The translations under genes and the position numbers were made by a program. Below are positions 24,846 to 36,990 of a stretch of 49,367 nucleotides of DNA, one piece after another. The notes beneath the pieces are model-generated. The model did no database searches. It saw only the letters and a program-made list of their open reading frames with translations, and was not told the origin of the DNA. The number at the start of each line of letters is the position of its first letter. The first letter of the stretch is position 1. The DNA is taken from NCBI GenBank assembly GCA_000934665.2, contig JYFJ02000746.1, positions 62,001 through 111,367 of the forward strand. The letters run 5' to 3'. This stretch comes from Catajapyx aquilonaris (lineage: Eukaryota).

Positions 24846-26510
24846 TTATTCCGAATAATAGTTGAAACATGTTACCTCTATACAATGTAGTATGTTATGT
24901 GAACATAAACACTCATCATTCACATTCGTCATCGTCATCTTCATCTGAGTAAGTGTCATCACTGTCCGCGTCTGGTTGATTTTCACAGGCGGAAGTCTGC
25001 ACATGTCAGTACACTTGAGGTCATTCAGACAGCAGGCACATGTTGGCAGTTTGCAGTTCTTAATGCAGTTGCAACCAAGTAGATCTAACACAGCCTGAGG
25101 CGCTGGCTGCCCCTCCATCCAGTCCACAACCAGTTGCTCTGATCCATCATCATGTTTTTCCAACTTCCACCCTCTCCCAATAATTGCACTAGGAGCCTGT
25201 GGATCATTCAGAAGACATCTTTTGCTTACAGCTGCTTGATAGTTCGCACGTTCGGCATGTTTCTTCAGACAGTCCCGGCAAGGGGGCAGCTGATGACTGT
25301 CTATCTCACCCTTCTTTGCGCAGAATAAGTGATATCGCAATTCATTCACGTGCTGGACAGAGGATTTTGGTACATACATCAAGCAGGTGAATTGCTCCAT
25401 CTTGCCCATCACTTCTTCTGAGAGATCCCATTCATCTCCGAGCTGTGAAAATGTTTCTTGTGTATCGGTGATGCAAGACAGGATTTTGAATGCACCTACT
25501 TTTCCTCTCCCCGCAAATGCGCTTACTGTGTCACATCCGGTGAACGTGTGGAGACCTATCACAGCTCGACAAACATTTTCACCAAGAGATGAAGCTATTT
25601 TCCCAATGTCAAGAACTCTCATGCGTATTTTAGTACCACATCTCAGAAACAATTTAGCCATGATTCTGTCGTGGAACCCCAAACACATCATAAACACATC
25701 GGTGTCATCTGAGCTTATCATGACTGCCTCATAACCAATTAACCATCATTAGCAGCGTGAGCAGCGTGCAGCAACAAACGACCATCCGCTTCTTCGTGTG
25801 TACTGTTCAGATCGGGCACTTCGTGGCTTCCGTCAGAGGTGATTTTGTAGCATTTCTTTTCGCAGTTTGCGAACAGTGTCTTATTCTTCAGTTTTACAAA
25901 ATAATCTGGTTTAATCCATTCGCTAACAAGAAAGGCGATGGGAGCTGTTTTATTCCTTACGTAGCTTAGGAATTTCCTCCACTGTCTGACAATCTGGGAA
26001 GATGAGATGCTCTGTAACTGGTGCCAAAGTTCCTCCCCTCTGTTTATCCTTTCGTTGTTCTTTATAGACGTCTCATTGTATGTGTCAAACACCACATCTA
26101 TTCTTTGACTCCTACTTCCTTCCTGCAAAGCCATGGACAAGACAGACATTGCCACCTCACCAAAGTTTGACTCTTCTCCTTTTACTCTCTGAACCAGGAC
26201 CATACCATCAATCACCGTGGCTGAATTTCCAGGGACTACCTCGGCAGGGGTGATGTTTTTCTGCAAATGTGTTGCTAAAGCAGCTTTGTTTATTTTTCGC
26301 AACAGACCTTCTGGAGTAGCTAGCGCCCATGGTAAAGGTCCTAAGGGGTGACACAGTGTACATCCGCCATTTGAAGGTTCCGATACTGTGCTGTCACAAT
26401 AATTCGGCCAAATAGTGTTTTGTCTGCTTCATTATTATTGACCTGCCGTTGCTGTTCACTGCCTTCTTCTTGGACATGTTAGTGAAGGTTTTCAATTTTT
26501 TCAGTTTAAT
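24846..26510 (-). pseudogene. Disrupted XPG/FEN1-like (PIN-fold) nuclease plus Cys8 zinc-finger portion of an Academ protein
   Basis: Motifs VIDGM, RIDVVFDTY, HEEADGRLLLHA, ISSDDTDV, HTFTGCDTVSAFAGRGK (H3TH-like), LPPC...HAERANYQ and CNC..NC..PTCAC....LKCTDMC. Frameshifts or stops occur near 26355, 25740 and 24990. No DDE transposase region is present. Confidence 0.78.
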
Positions 26511-27774
26511 CGTTAATAGGTGGATTATTCTGAAGTCGCTCAAGTTTGAAATCTGTGTATTAATAGGCCACAGCCCCCTCCTTCCTTTCCTATCCTTGTC
26601 CTAACCTTGAGGAGATGCGGGTCGGTGGGGGGTTTCTGACCCGCATCTAGGGGATAATCTATGGCGAACAGGCCCCCTCGGGGACTGCACACGACCCCTA
26701 CAACAAGAGACAATGCACCTGCACCAGTGTCCCCCCCCCCCTCTTATCCCTATCCTGTCCCTGCACCGGAGAGAGAAAAGAGGAAGGAAAAAGAAGAAGA
26801 AGAAAAAAAAATGGTGGTGTACCACCCCCCAAATAGGCCATTGATGCCTGGCAAGGGGTAAAAAAAAAAAAGCAAACAAACATTCCTACTGTTACACCAG
26901 ACTTCCCATTCAGCGCAGGTCTTCCACCTCTGAGGACCCAAGTTCTCTCCCCGGGTCGGACAGAAGGATACTCATGTAGATAAAGTGTCGATGAGTTCTC
27001 TCCGTGTTCGCGTGGGTTTTCTCGGGGCTCTCCCGTTTCATTCCCCATGCAATTCCATGACAGCATAGGCAATGGCTAACATCGGTTAAATAAAAGATGA
27101 TCCCCTAAAAGGCCCAAGGAGGGCTCTCACTGGGTCTAATATTTAATTTAAAATTTAAAATTTAAAAATATATATAATAATTAAATTAGTTTAAATATGC
27201 ATTGAATTAGGCTTATTTGTCCAAATATTCTGATGAATTTGTGCGATATTTGTGAAAAATATGAAAACTGTGATTTTTTCGGTTATGGTTATTAATTCAA
27301 TAATTTCAGACAGAAGGCCGAGAGTTATGACTTGCTATCACCTATTTTCCATCTCTAGGGATCCATACCTTGCTTAAAAAAATCACATTAGAACCGGTCC
27401 CCCCGAGTGGTACCGAAAACTTGTCCGGCTCATGGCCTAGTGTGGCAAGTTACAGTAAAACTTCTAGAAGTCGACGATGCATGACCTTGGCAGGATAATA
27501 ACACTTGTCAGGCGCTCAAATTGCCCAGTATAATTTCTAAATTTAATATCGGCCACATCATGGCGGCGTAAAGCATTGAGAAAATTAAAGACGGAATAAG
27601 GAATATGAGGTTAGCAGTTCATCCTAGTTCCACGGCACAACTGTGATTATAGTACAACAATCATATTCTGATATTCAACATAACATATTCTTTACAAAAA
27701 CAGTTTAAAATTATGGGTAATTTGTGTTCGTAATTCAGGTTTAGATATCAGTTTCATTCCCTTTATGGTCGGTT

Positions 27775-29666
27775 CTAAACATTAAGAATTCTCCAGGTTA
27801 TTTCAATGTACAGAGGGTGTTCTGTGTTTCTCAACTTTTCAAAATCTTCCGTAGCAAGCACCGGATCCTTATTGGCAATCAAAAACTGGAAGGCCTTTTC
27901 CTTAAGCTCCATCGAATTGGCTTCATCCGCCGCCTGAAGAATCCTTATGGTGCTTTCCACTGTGATTTTGTCGAACAAGATTTTTTCGCAGACCTTCTTC
28001 AAGTCCTCTAATTGGTTCTTGTGGCCTAGTACTAGCAGGTCGGACACTATGCCGACACTCTTAGGATTCTGCAAACAAAGAGATTTAAAAATTGGGTCAA
28101 AATTCAGAAGTCTAATGCAATATTTCCTAGCACCATTGGAAGTAGCCTCACCGTGTCACCTCTGAATGCATATGCCCCCAGAGCATCTATTGACGCTTTC
28201 TGATCATCTTCTTGGCTCCCGTTTTGGTCGTTATCCAGAATCGCATATAGAAAGAGGACGTTTGGAGGGAAAGGAGCTGCTCCAGTGGGCTTAAGGAACT
28301 CGGTTGGAACTACAGTTGAAATCTTGTTCACTTTCAAAGTGTCTGTATCTTCATCCCTGTTAATACACGCAAATTAGCACTCATAAAAATAGGGCTGATG
28401 AAAGTACAGTCGGCTTCTTACTCTGGAGGAGTGAGGCAGGTCTGAGTGATGGATGGCAGGTCCTTGGAGCAAGCAGTAACTTCTGTAATCCTTGTTACCT
28501 CTGAAATCGCATATAAAACATCATCTTGAAGCAGATCTTCAATTGCTGAATACGAGAGTGCCCTTTCCCAACCCCAGCATGGACCAGAAATGGGAGGGTT
28601 GTGCTGACTCAAAGAGTGTCTCCTCACCTGCAAAGTATGTCATCCTTGTTAATAATAGGTCATGATATTTGACGTAGAGTCGTAAATTCGGTCGTAGATC
28701 ATACCTTAGGAGTTGTGAAAATGCGGTTATTTGCAGTCTCGTGGGCCAAAACTGTTATCCTGTTTGTAGCCAACACATCACCCTCTTGCTTGGACGATAG
28801 AAGGCAAACGTAGAGGCCAGCGTATCTTTCATTATCTCCTGACTCGTCGTGCTCCACCATTCTCATCCTGAAATCTGTCTCCCATTCGACAAGAGGTAAT
28901 TCCGATCCCTTAATCGGAGGCGAATCAATCGTTTTGTTTTCACCCCAATTCTGTGTGACATCCTGGATATCCCAGGTGCTGCTCAGGACTTCCACAGTTT
29001 TGTAGTGCGTGTCGCACCAGTAGGTGTAGGCCAGAGGATTGCTCACCTTTTGATCAAAAAATCCGTCGGGTGCACTGGCACATTGCGACTCGTGTCTGAC
29101 CTGTATGTCGCACAGAATGTGCAAGGTGTCGTCGTCCCAGAGGTAGTTGGACAGGGAGGATCTCGGGAGGAACTTTGAGTGTCCCCAACAATGGCCCTTT
29201 TCATCAGGAAACTGTCTCGGAGTCTCACTGTCAGACACAGTTCATTTTTTTAGTCTAATGTAGGTATAAAGTAAAAGAAGGTTTGTATGACTGACCTGCG
29301 GATACTGTAGACATTTTTGGTGGTTGAGTAGTCGTTTGCCAGGACCCTGAAGTGGTAGTCGGCCAAGTGGACGTCTTTTTGGTTGGGATCGAGACACAAG
29401 TAGAGGGACACGTGGTCCTGGTTGCCAACAGGTGCCAAACGCAGCAGCCATTTTGGAGTAGAAGCATCTGCGTCGACGGGGAATAGTGGAGACGACATGT
29501 GCTCGTTGACTTGTTCTGCTCGCATGCTGAAGTTGTGGATGCTCCATCTGAACTGAATCGCTTCTCCAGATCCTAGTTGGCCATGAGGACAAATCAAAGG
29601 TGTTCCCAAACTTGATCCGATTAATGCCAGAGCAACAGCTACGACTGCTATGTTGACACTAGCCAT
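27775..29666 (-). CDS. Family B copy 4: predicted secreted MATH-MATH-degenerate BTB-BACK protein
   Basis: Leader MASVNIAVVAVALALIGSSLG. Exons 29666-29296, 29227-28705, 28627-28422, 28356-28152, 28068-27775. The stop is a few codons earlier than in its paralogues. Confidence 0.87.
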
Positions 29667-30552
29667 ATTTATGCGATCAACTATTCTCTTCGAGGTTGCA
29701 ACTACTAGTGGTGAAGCAAATCGTATAGCAAGTCCATTTTAAATGATCTATTCGGGCCGCGTTATCAGGGAATTCGCAGAAAGGTCGTGACACAATGGTT
29801 TATCATCCGGGGTGAGTCTGGTCATAGAGGAAAACTATAGCAATATGTATACTTCGCACGTGCAGGTTTATTTATTACGCGACTGCAAAACGACACACAC
29901 TGCTGCCACTTCCATAAAAGTTGCGATTTTTTAAAAGTATTTATCAACCATATTAGCTCTTAATATGAGGATGAATCGAGTCACCATCCAAGCAATTGTG
30001 AATCGCCAACAACTGAGCCCCTTCTTTTGCATCAGGATTTGCAGGTGTTAAATTAGTTATATAATATTAACATCCAATTTTTAAAACCTCTAATAGTGTC
30101 TTAGTATGTGTTTCAAAGTAACTCCTTAAAATGAGCACGTGAAATGCTATCATCTCCGGCCATTGTAACACATATCGCTATCTTATAGGGCAGACGATCA
30201 CTCCTACAGTGAAAGGCCAAATATTGATTGACATGGGCACTTTATTAACACTTTCCTGGAACGAATCTTACATGACTTTTAACCCAGTCGTTGCAGTTAT
30301 CTTCTTGTCGCCAGGCTATATAGTGTGTTTGCGGTATTATAACAAGATTCATGCGGAAAATGAAAGAGGATGTGATGGTCTGTCATAAAGCATATATTAT
30401 TTTATAACAACATGTTTGATTACAGAAATCATACGGGATGTTATTTACACAGTTATTGATATATGTTGTCAAAACAAAATAATATTTGCAAATATTGATC
30501 CCCAATAATTTACATTAATCAATTAGTATTTTGGATTGTGTAGCATTGGTTT

Positions 30553-32448
30553 TTATTCAGCATCTGGTTGTTTTTCTCCCAACACTCTCCATGATATTTC
30601 ACTGAGGAGGGGATGTTCCGAATCCCGAAGTTTTTCGTAGGCATCTGTACTCAACACCTGGTCTGTGTTGGCTAGCAAAAAGTCGAAGGTCTTCATCTTC
30701 AACTCCTCGGATTCGGTAGCATCAGCCGCCACCAGGATCCGTATGGTGCTCTCCACCGTGATTTTTTCTGACAGAATTTCCTGGCACGTCTGTTTCAAGT
30801 CTTCTAAGTGGTTGTTGTGGGCCAACACCAGCAGATCAGCTGCAATGCCGACATTAGTGGCGTCCTAAAAAAAAGAAGAAGATGGCGTCAAACACTGATA
30901 TTGAATCCTGAAATATTATTGCAAAACAATAACTTACAATGTCACCTGTGATCACAAATGCTCCATTGGCGTTCACCGATGGCCCCTCTTCCTTTTCCTC
31001 CGCTTTTTCGTCTTCGGTTTTTTGCTTCTTACTCAGAGTTGCGTACAGAAACAGGACATTTTGTGGAAGAGGTTCTGCTCCTGTGTGGTTGAGGAACTGG
31101 CTAGGAACCAAGGTTGAAATTCCCTTCACCTTCAAAGTGTCTGGGTCTTCAGGCCTGCCAATGAAATATTTAAAAAAATATTAATAACAGCACGTGAAGA
31201 GATTCCCTTTTAGTACTGCATACGTACTTGGATACAGCAATGCACGGTTGAGTGATGGATGGCAGATCCTTGGAGCAAGCAGTGACTTCTTCGATTCTGG
31301 TGACCTCAGTAGCCAGTGTTAAAGAACCATCAATAAGAAGGCCTTCAATTTCCGAATAGGAGAGTGCTTTTTCCCAGCCCCAGCAGTGACCCATTATAGG
31401 TGGTTTGTGCTCCTCCAGTGAATATCTTCTCACCTGAAAACCATCATGTTATGCATATACACAGAAAACAAAGAGACACAATCATTACCTTAGGGGTGGT
31501 GAAAACTTGATTCTTCTCAGTCTCGTTGGCCAAAACTGTTATCCTGTTTGAAGACAACACTTCACCCTCTTGCTTGGACGATAGAAGGCAAACGTAAAGA
31601 CCAGCATATTTTTCACTTTCTCCTGACTCGTGCTCCACCATTCTCATCCTGAAATCTGTCTCCCATTCGACAAGAGGTAATTCCGATCCCTTAATTGGAG
31701 GCGAATCAATCGTGCTGTTTTCACCCCAATTCTGTGTGACATTCTGGATTTCCCAGGTGCTGCTCAGGACTTCCACAGCTCTGTAGTGCGTGTCACACCA
31801 GTCTGTGTAGGCCAGAGGATTGTGGACCGTCTTGTCGAAAAATTTATCTGGTTCCTCTGCGCATTCCGACTTGTGTCTGACCTGAATGTCGCAGAGGATA
31901 TGGAGGGTGTCGTCGTTCCAAAGGTAGTTGGATAGGGATGTCCTGGGAATAAACTTTGAGTGTCCCCAGCAGGGGCCATTTTCGGCAGGAAACTGTCTTG
32001 GTCGTTCGCTGCCGAAATATACACAATTTGTTATCAAGCTGTACAGTGAATTGTTTATTATAACTCACCTGTGGCCACTGAAGACATCTCCGGAGGTGGT
32101 AAAGTCCTGTGCCAGGACCCTGAAGTGGTAGTCGGCCAGATGGGCATCTGTGTTCGTGGACTCTAGACACACGTAGAGTGCCAGGTGATCATCGCTTCCG
32201 GAAGGTGCCAACCATAGAAGCCATTTTGCGGTGGAGGAATCTGCGTCGATTGGGAAGAGTGGCGACGATATCTGCTCGTTGATTAGTTCTGCTCGCATGC
32301 TGTAGTTGTGGATGGTCCACCTGAACAGAATTGTTTCTCCTACTTTGGCTAGTTGGCCATTAGGACAATCCGTAGGGGCAGCCAAACTTGATCCAATAAA
32401 CAGCACCACTACAGAGGCTATTATTGCTATTATGTGAGGACGAGCCAT
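30553..32448 (-). CDS. Family B copy 5: predicted secreted MATH-MATH-degenerate BTB-BACK protein
   Basis: Leader MARPHIIAIIASVVVLFIGSSLA. Exons 32448-32069, 32008-31489, 31433-31228, 31154-30938, 30864-30553 are in frame. Confidence 0.87.
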
Positions 32449-32814
32449 GTTGGAATCGACTGTTTTCTGGGAGACTGAAATTGGTACTGGTGAAGGAAAA
32501 TATATAGCTCGATTTAGGTGATATCTTCTGAGCGCCTCATTATCAGACAGTTCATGCAAAGGTCGTGCCCCGAGGGCTTATCGTCTGGGGTAAATCCAAG
32601 GGTAAATCCAATGAAGAGGAAAAATAGTGCCAAAAGTATTTTACTGTAGTAAGTGCACAGTATATTCATAGTTTGCATACAGTGTGTTCCATAATGCTGA
32701 TGCATCCACCTCAGATGTTCCGACGCTATCGCAAGGAGAATGTCACAATCATGATATTGACTCAATCATAGTCCATTACACATGGCATAACATTACAAGG
32801 ACGATCAGAGAATG

Positions 32815-32815
<1 letters not shown>

Positions 32816-32876
<61 letters not shown>
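32816..32876. repeat. (TAA)n microsatellite, about 20 units
   Basis: Directly visible; it produces the spurious poly-Leu ORF 32762-33028. Confidence 0.95.
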
Positions 32877-34279
32877 TTGTACAGTATAATGTTCGCTGAC
32901 GCTTTCCCAACACTCTTTGATTTTTTACAGCAGTTAACTGACCTATTAATGGTATTTTTTAAATATAATATTTTTGAACGAGAATGAGTGCATGATGATA
33001 TCAATATTTTGACCATTAATTTTACCACCTATCGGTGATAGTGAATTTCCCTTTATTTGACTTTTACGTAATGTCCTTATAGCCACGTATAAGGTTGAAG
33101 GCGGAAGTTGTCATTTCAGTCTTAGAAATAGAGTATAAAAGAAGAAAGTGTCTTCACTTTCTTCATTTACTAATGTATAGAGCAGATGTTTCTAGATGCG
33201 CTTATTCCGTTAAGATGGTGAAATACTTTTTGCGGCATCGAAACCTTAACGGATCATGTAGTGCTTGATGTCAGTTAGGACAGTTACGCACCAGCGATGT
33301 GTATTTCTGGGGAATTACCAGTGTCCGCAAGAGAAGTCCAAAGGTCAGTTGGCACACTCTGGCAGACTCATGTGATCATAATTTATTGACAAATCTCGAA
33401 GAACTTTTTTTTTTACATATTATCCTCATAATACGATTTAGATACATCGATATTGTCAAACTGATGTTCACAAATAGCATCCTTGTTACTATGTAAATAG
33501 CTATAAGCTTGCCATTTCAGTTGCTCCAAATTTTCTAATTATATTGGACGGTAACTTACACGGCATTGCAAGAAAATAAAGTTCAATTAAGGCATCAAAA
33601 TCAGGAATGCCATGAAATACAGTTTATTGCCTGGAGTTAATTTGGTTAGCTAATTACGCGTTCAGTGGGGTAAGGAAAAGTCGAAGGACAGGAAAATCCT
33701 CATTCCCGGAACCTCTCTGCAAGATACATCAGGGAAACCCCATTTCTGAGAATCAGGAAGGTCATCATCGCGGCGAGTCCACAGAGATTAGCTGAAATCT
33801 TCAACAGAATGACGTGATCAGTGCATATTAATTATTATTGAACAGTAATGTTAAACATTACGCACATTACGCACAATAAAGTGAATCCCCTTGTTATCTT
33901 ATGCCAAGTACTTCAAAATTTGATGTCTATTTTGTTGGAGACTTTAGCCCACATATTACACATATTATTCAGATTCAGTGCTCGTTATAATCTTCTAGCT
34001 GACATTTTCTTGTGGCATTACCCTGGAAGTGTAAAGACTTCTTCACCTGCATCAGAGCTGACAATTAATTACTTGCTGATTATGAGTCATTTGTTGCCAG
34101 CTATTTCATAAGCACAATGTAATGATTGTGATGTGAACTTTAACTTAAACGAGTTATGACTACGAATCTACTGTGCATGGCCCTTCTAAAACAGCATTAA
34201 GTTGTAGGAAAATTACTGTCAGTGCTTTTAAACATTTTATTACTTTTTTACCTGTCATTACAGAGAACATCTTGAGTCA

Positions 34280-34885
34280 TTAATGAAAAGATGGTCCAGG
34301 TTTCACTGGTTCCCTAATAAAGGTCACTTGCTCCATCTTCGGCTCTATTTTGAGCAGTCCAGCACTCTTCTCCTGCTGTTGGCAAGTCATCGACTCTTCG
34401 TACCTCTGAATTGACACGAGCAAGTCGAGAGTGTCGTCACTCATGTACTTCTTCGTAGCCACATCTCTGGCGATGAAAGTGTTCCATCCCCAGGAAGGAT
34501 TGTTGGTCACGAATTTGTGGACATTCCCGGAAGAACCGGAGTAGGTACTGTTGTCTCCTTGCAAGGTGAAATTGAACAGTGCAAAATCTTGGTTATTGGG
34601 AGCGGAGAAGAGGATGAGGAAGATGCCGATGTAGGCCTCCGTTCCTGGTGTCGAGCTGGACGGGTAGACGGACAAGTACCACTTGACCTGGTCATCCTGG
34701 TTGCCAAATTCCTGAGTGTTGATCGGATCTCCGGCAACTTGACCTCGGAGGCTGAATTCTTCGATGCTAAAGCGGTACTGGACTAGGTCCTTCGCCACCA
34801 GCTGAGAAACGCACCAAGGTTCTGCGTTTGCACTCCAGCATCCGGCGATCAGGAGGAAGAAGCCGATGGTCCACATTGCTGTCAT
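34280..34885 (-). CDS. Predicted secreted single-MATH protein (201 aa)
   Basis: Leader MTAMWTIGFFLLIAGCWSANA, then EPWCVSQ..YRFSIEEFS..KWYLSVYP..YIGIFLIL..SWGWNTFI..DDTLDLLVSI. A splice acceptor sits immediately before the ATG, and AATAAA (minus) lies near 34236. Confidence 0.88.
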   Translation of the reverse strand: MTAMWTIGFFLLIAGCWSANAEPWCVSQLVAKDLVQYRFSIEEFSLRGQVAGDPINTQEFGNQDDQVKWYLSVYPSSSTPGTEAYIGIFLILFSAPNNQDFALFNFTLQGDNSTYSGSSGNVHKFVTNNPSWGWNTFIARDVATKKYMSDDTLDLLVSIQRYEESMTCQQQEKSAGLLKIEPKMEQVTFIREPVKPGPSFH

Positions 34886-35745
34886 CTAAATGTTAATTAC
34901 ACAGTAAGAAAACTGCCTGCACTTAACAAGAAGCGTACTCACTTTCAGTCTCAAGCTTTGTCAGGGCAATGCGAATCAGTGTTGATTTCCTTCGGTTTTA
35001 TTTGAGGTGTGAGTGGCAACCGTCATAATTTTTATATCTTTTAAGACCACGGGTTATGTGTGCCGAAGAAAAAGACAAGTGAGATAGGAGAAAGAAAAAT
35101 TATTGCCCTCTTGACCTTGCTGTCAGGAGGGACTTGCTACATGATTATTTATTTCCTGATTGTGTCCATCATACTGTTCTGATCCATGGTTCTCAAAGTA
35201 CAAGACGTCCTAAAAACCGAACAAAAATGACATGCAAAAGTTTTACTACTCAATGATACTTACTTTATGTATAGCTGAGTACGCGCTAAAACCTAAAAGG
35301 TTTGAGAAACATTTTGTAGATCAAGAGCTGTAAGACTAATCCTTCACATTTTGGCTGCAAATCCAGCAAATGTCACTTGATGTATGATTTAGAAACATGA
35401 ACGCACTAAAATGCAGATCGATCAGAGTCACATTTGATTGATTTGGAATTATGAGGCTTTGTATAATCAGAAGATTGCATTATCGCATTATGGATATTAT
35501 CCAGTATAGGATTATTTTCCAAGGGTTTTTCCAAGGGATTATAATTGACCTATAAAAGTTATCTGACTCTCTATCACCAGAAAGTGCAGTTTGAGGACAA
35601 TGTTACACAGTGTCTAATTTTAATTCTTCACCAAAATGTGACTAGGTCATCTACGGAATGTAAATCGGCATTAAATATGCTTCAAAATATTTTATTACAT
35701 TTTAACGACCAGTAAACTCTAACTGATAGTCAGAAAAAGTACATA

Positions 35746-36333
35746 TCAATGTTTTACAGGATCCAGAGAAAATGCAAGTTGTTCTGGCTTCTTGGGCATC
35801 TGGGCCAACCCACCATACAACTTCTGAGGGCAACTGGACGCCTCTTCGTACCTCTGGATGGACACAACCAAGTCTAGGGTGTCCGCAGGGAGGTATTTCT
35901 GGGTAGCCAATTCCCTGGAGATGAATGTGTTGTACCCCAAGCAAGGAGCGCTGACCTTAAACTTATGCGCTCTTGTGGAGGCTCCCGTGAATGTGCTGTT
36001 GTCTCCTATCAGGGTCAAATTGAACAGAGCGAAATCTTGACCCTCAGGGGCTGTCTTGAGGCAAAGGAAGATACCGATGTGATCTTCAGTCTCTGGGCTG
36101 GTACTAGTCGGGTAGAGAGACACGTACCATTTGATATTATCATCCTGGCTGTTCAACGACGGAGAATGAATTGGGTCTCCTGGAACTTCTCCTCGAAGGC
36201 TAAAATCCTTGACGCTCCAGCGATACTCGACCAGGTCCTTGGTCACCAGTTGGGTCACGCACCATTCTTCGGATTGAGAGCTCCAGCAGCCTCCGAACAG
36301 CAGGAGAAAGCAGAAGAATGTTTGAGAAGTCAT
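35746..36333 (-). CDS. Predicted secreted single-MATH protein (195 aa), paralogue of 34280-34885
   Basis: Leader MTSQTFFCFLLLFGGCWS, then EEWCVTQ..YRWSVKDFS..KWYVSLYP..IGIFLCL..PCLGYNTFI..ADTLDLVVSI. AATAAA (minus) lies near 35691. Confidence 0.88.
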   Translation of the reverse strand: MTSQTFFCFLLLFGGCWSSQSEEWCVTQLVTKDLVEYRWSVKDFSLRGEVPGDPIHSPSLNSQDDNIKWYVSLYPTSTSPETEDHIGIFLCLKTAPEGQDFALFNLTLIGDNSTFTGASTRAHKFKVSAPCLGYNTFISRELATQKYLPADTLDLVVSIQRYEEASSCPQKLYGGLAQMPKKPEQLAFSLDPVKH

Positions 36334-36990
36334 CTAAGGGTGAGAAGCCTTCATTAATATCAGAGAACAATTATTTTTCATATAATGCAGCACAAAATAT
36401 TATTGGCCTTTCCGAACTTGTATATTCGCATGATTCAGTTTTTATTGTGCCTTTTTGTGCTTTTTCAAATGGATTATGAAAAGCCTTTCAATTTGCTTTC
36501 TGTTTTCGCAAAGGTGTAAGTGCCAATCTGCACATTATCTTCACCTTTAAGACCTGGAGTTACTTTATCTAAGAAAAGATAATTGGCACGATGGTGCATA
36601 ACAGGATTATAACAAGATTTGTCCCTCTTGACCTATGCAGTAAAAGGATCAGTCATTTTTTATCATGAAATAAATAATATATTAGGATATTATGGCACAA
36701 GGGTTATAACCAGAAGGTATGAGGCAAACGGACCTGTACAGAGTTCACCTGTACCCATTAAAAAAACTCGAAACAGAAGCAGACGGATAACTTACGTGTA
36801 CTCTGATGGCGTACAGCAAATACTCGTCTACAATAAAGACGATTTGGACTCGACCGCGCAACAGATCGATACTTATTATTTGAGTCGCACATGTTTCAGG
36901 ATGCCAACACTGCGGAATCATCAACAGGCAAAATATATTATGAAAGGAAGTAAAATGTCTTTTTATTATTATTATTATTTTCTATAGAAA

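Larger units (their letters stand above)
24129..27439 (-). mobile_element. Academ-like (AcademX-type) DNA transposon, internally deleted and non-autonomous, 3311 bp
   Basis: TIRs 24129 to about 24677 and about 26921 to 27439, with ends TAGGCC..GGCCTA. TSD GTG at 24126-24128 and 27440-27442. The internal ORF remnant has XPG/FEN1-like nuclease motifs and a Cys-rich C-terminal finger, the domain pair described for AcademX. Confidence 0.8.

Noticed and set aside
32762..33028. Poly-leucine ORF
   Set aside because: Translation of the (TAA)n microsatellite.
33660..33800. Minus-strand KWGFPD motif resembling a MATH WGF strand, and kappaB-like gggaaacccc
   Set aside because: No other MATH motifs or exon structure; probably chance.
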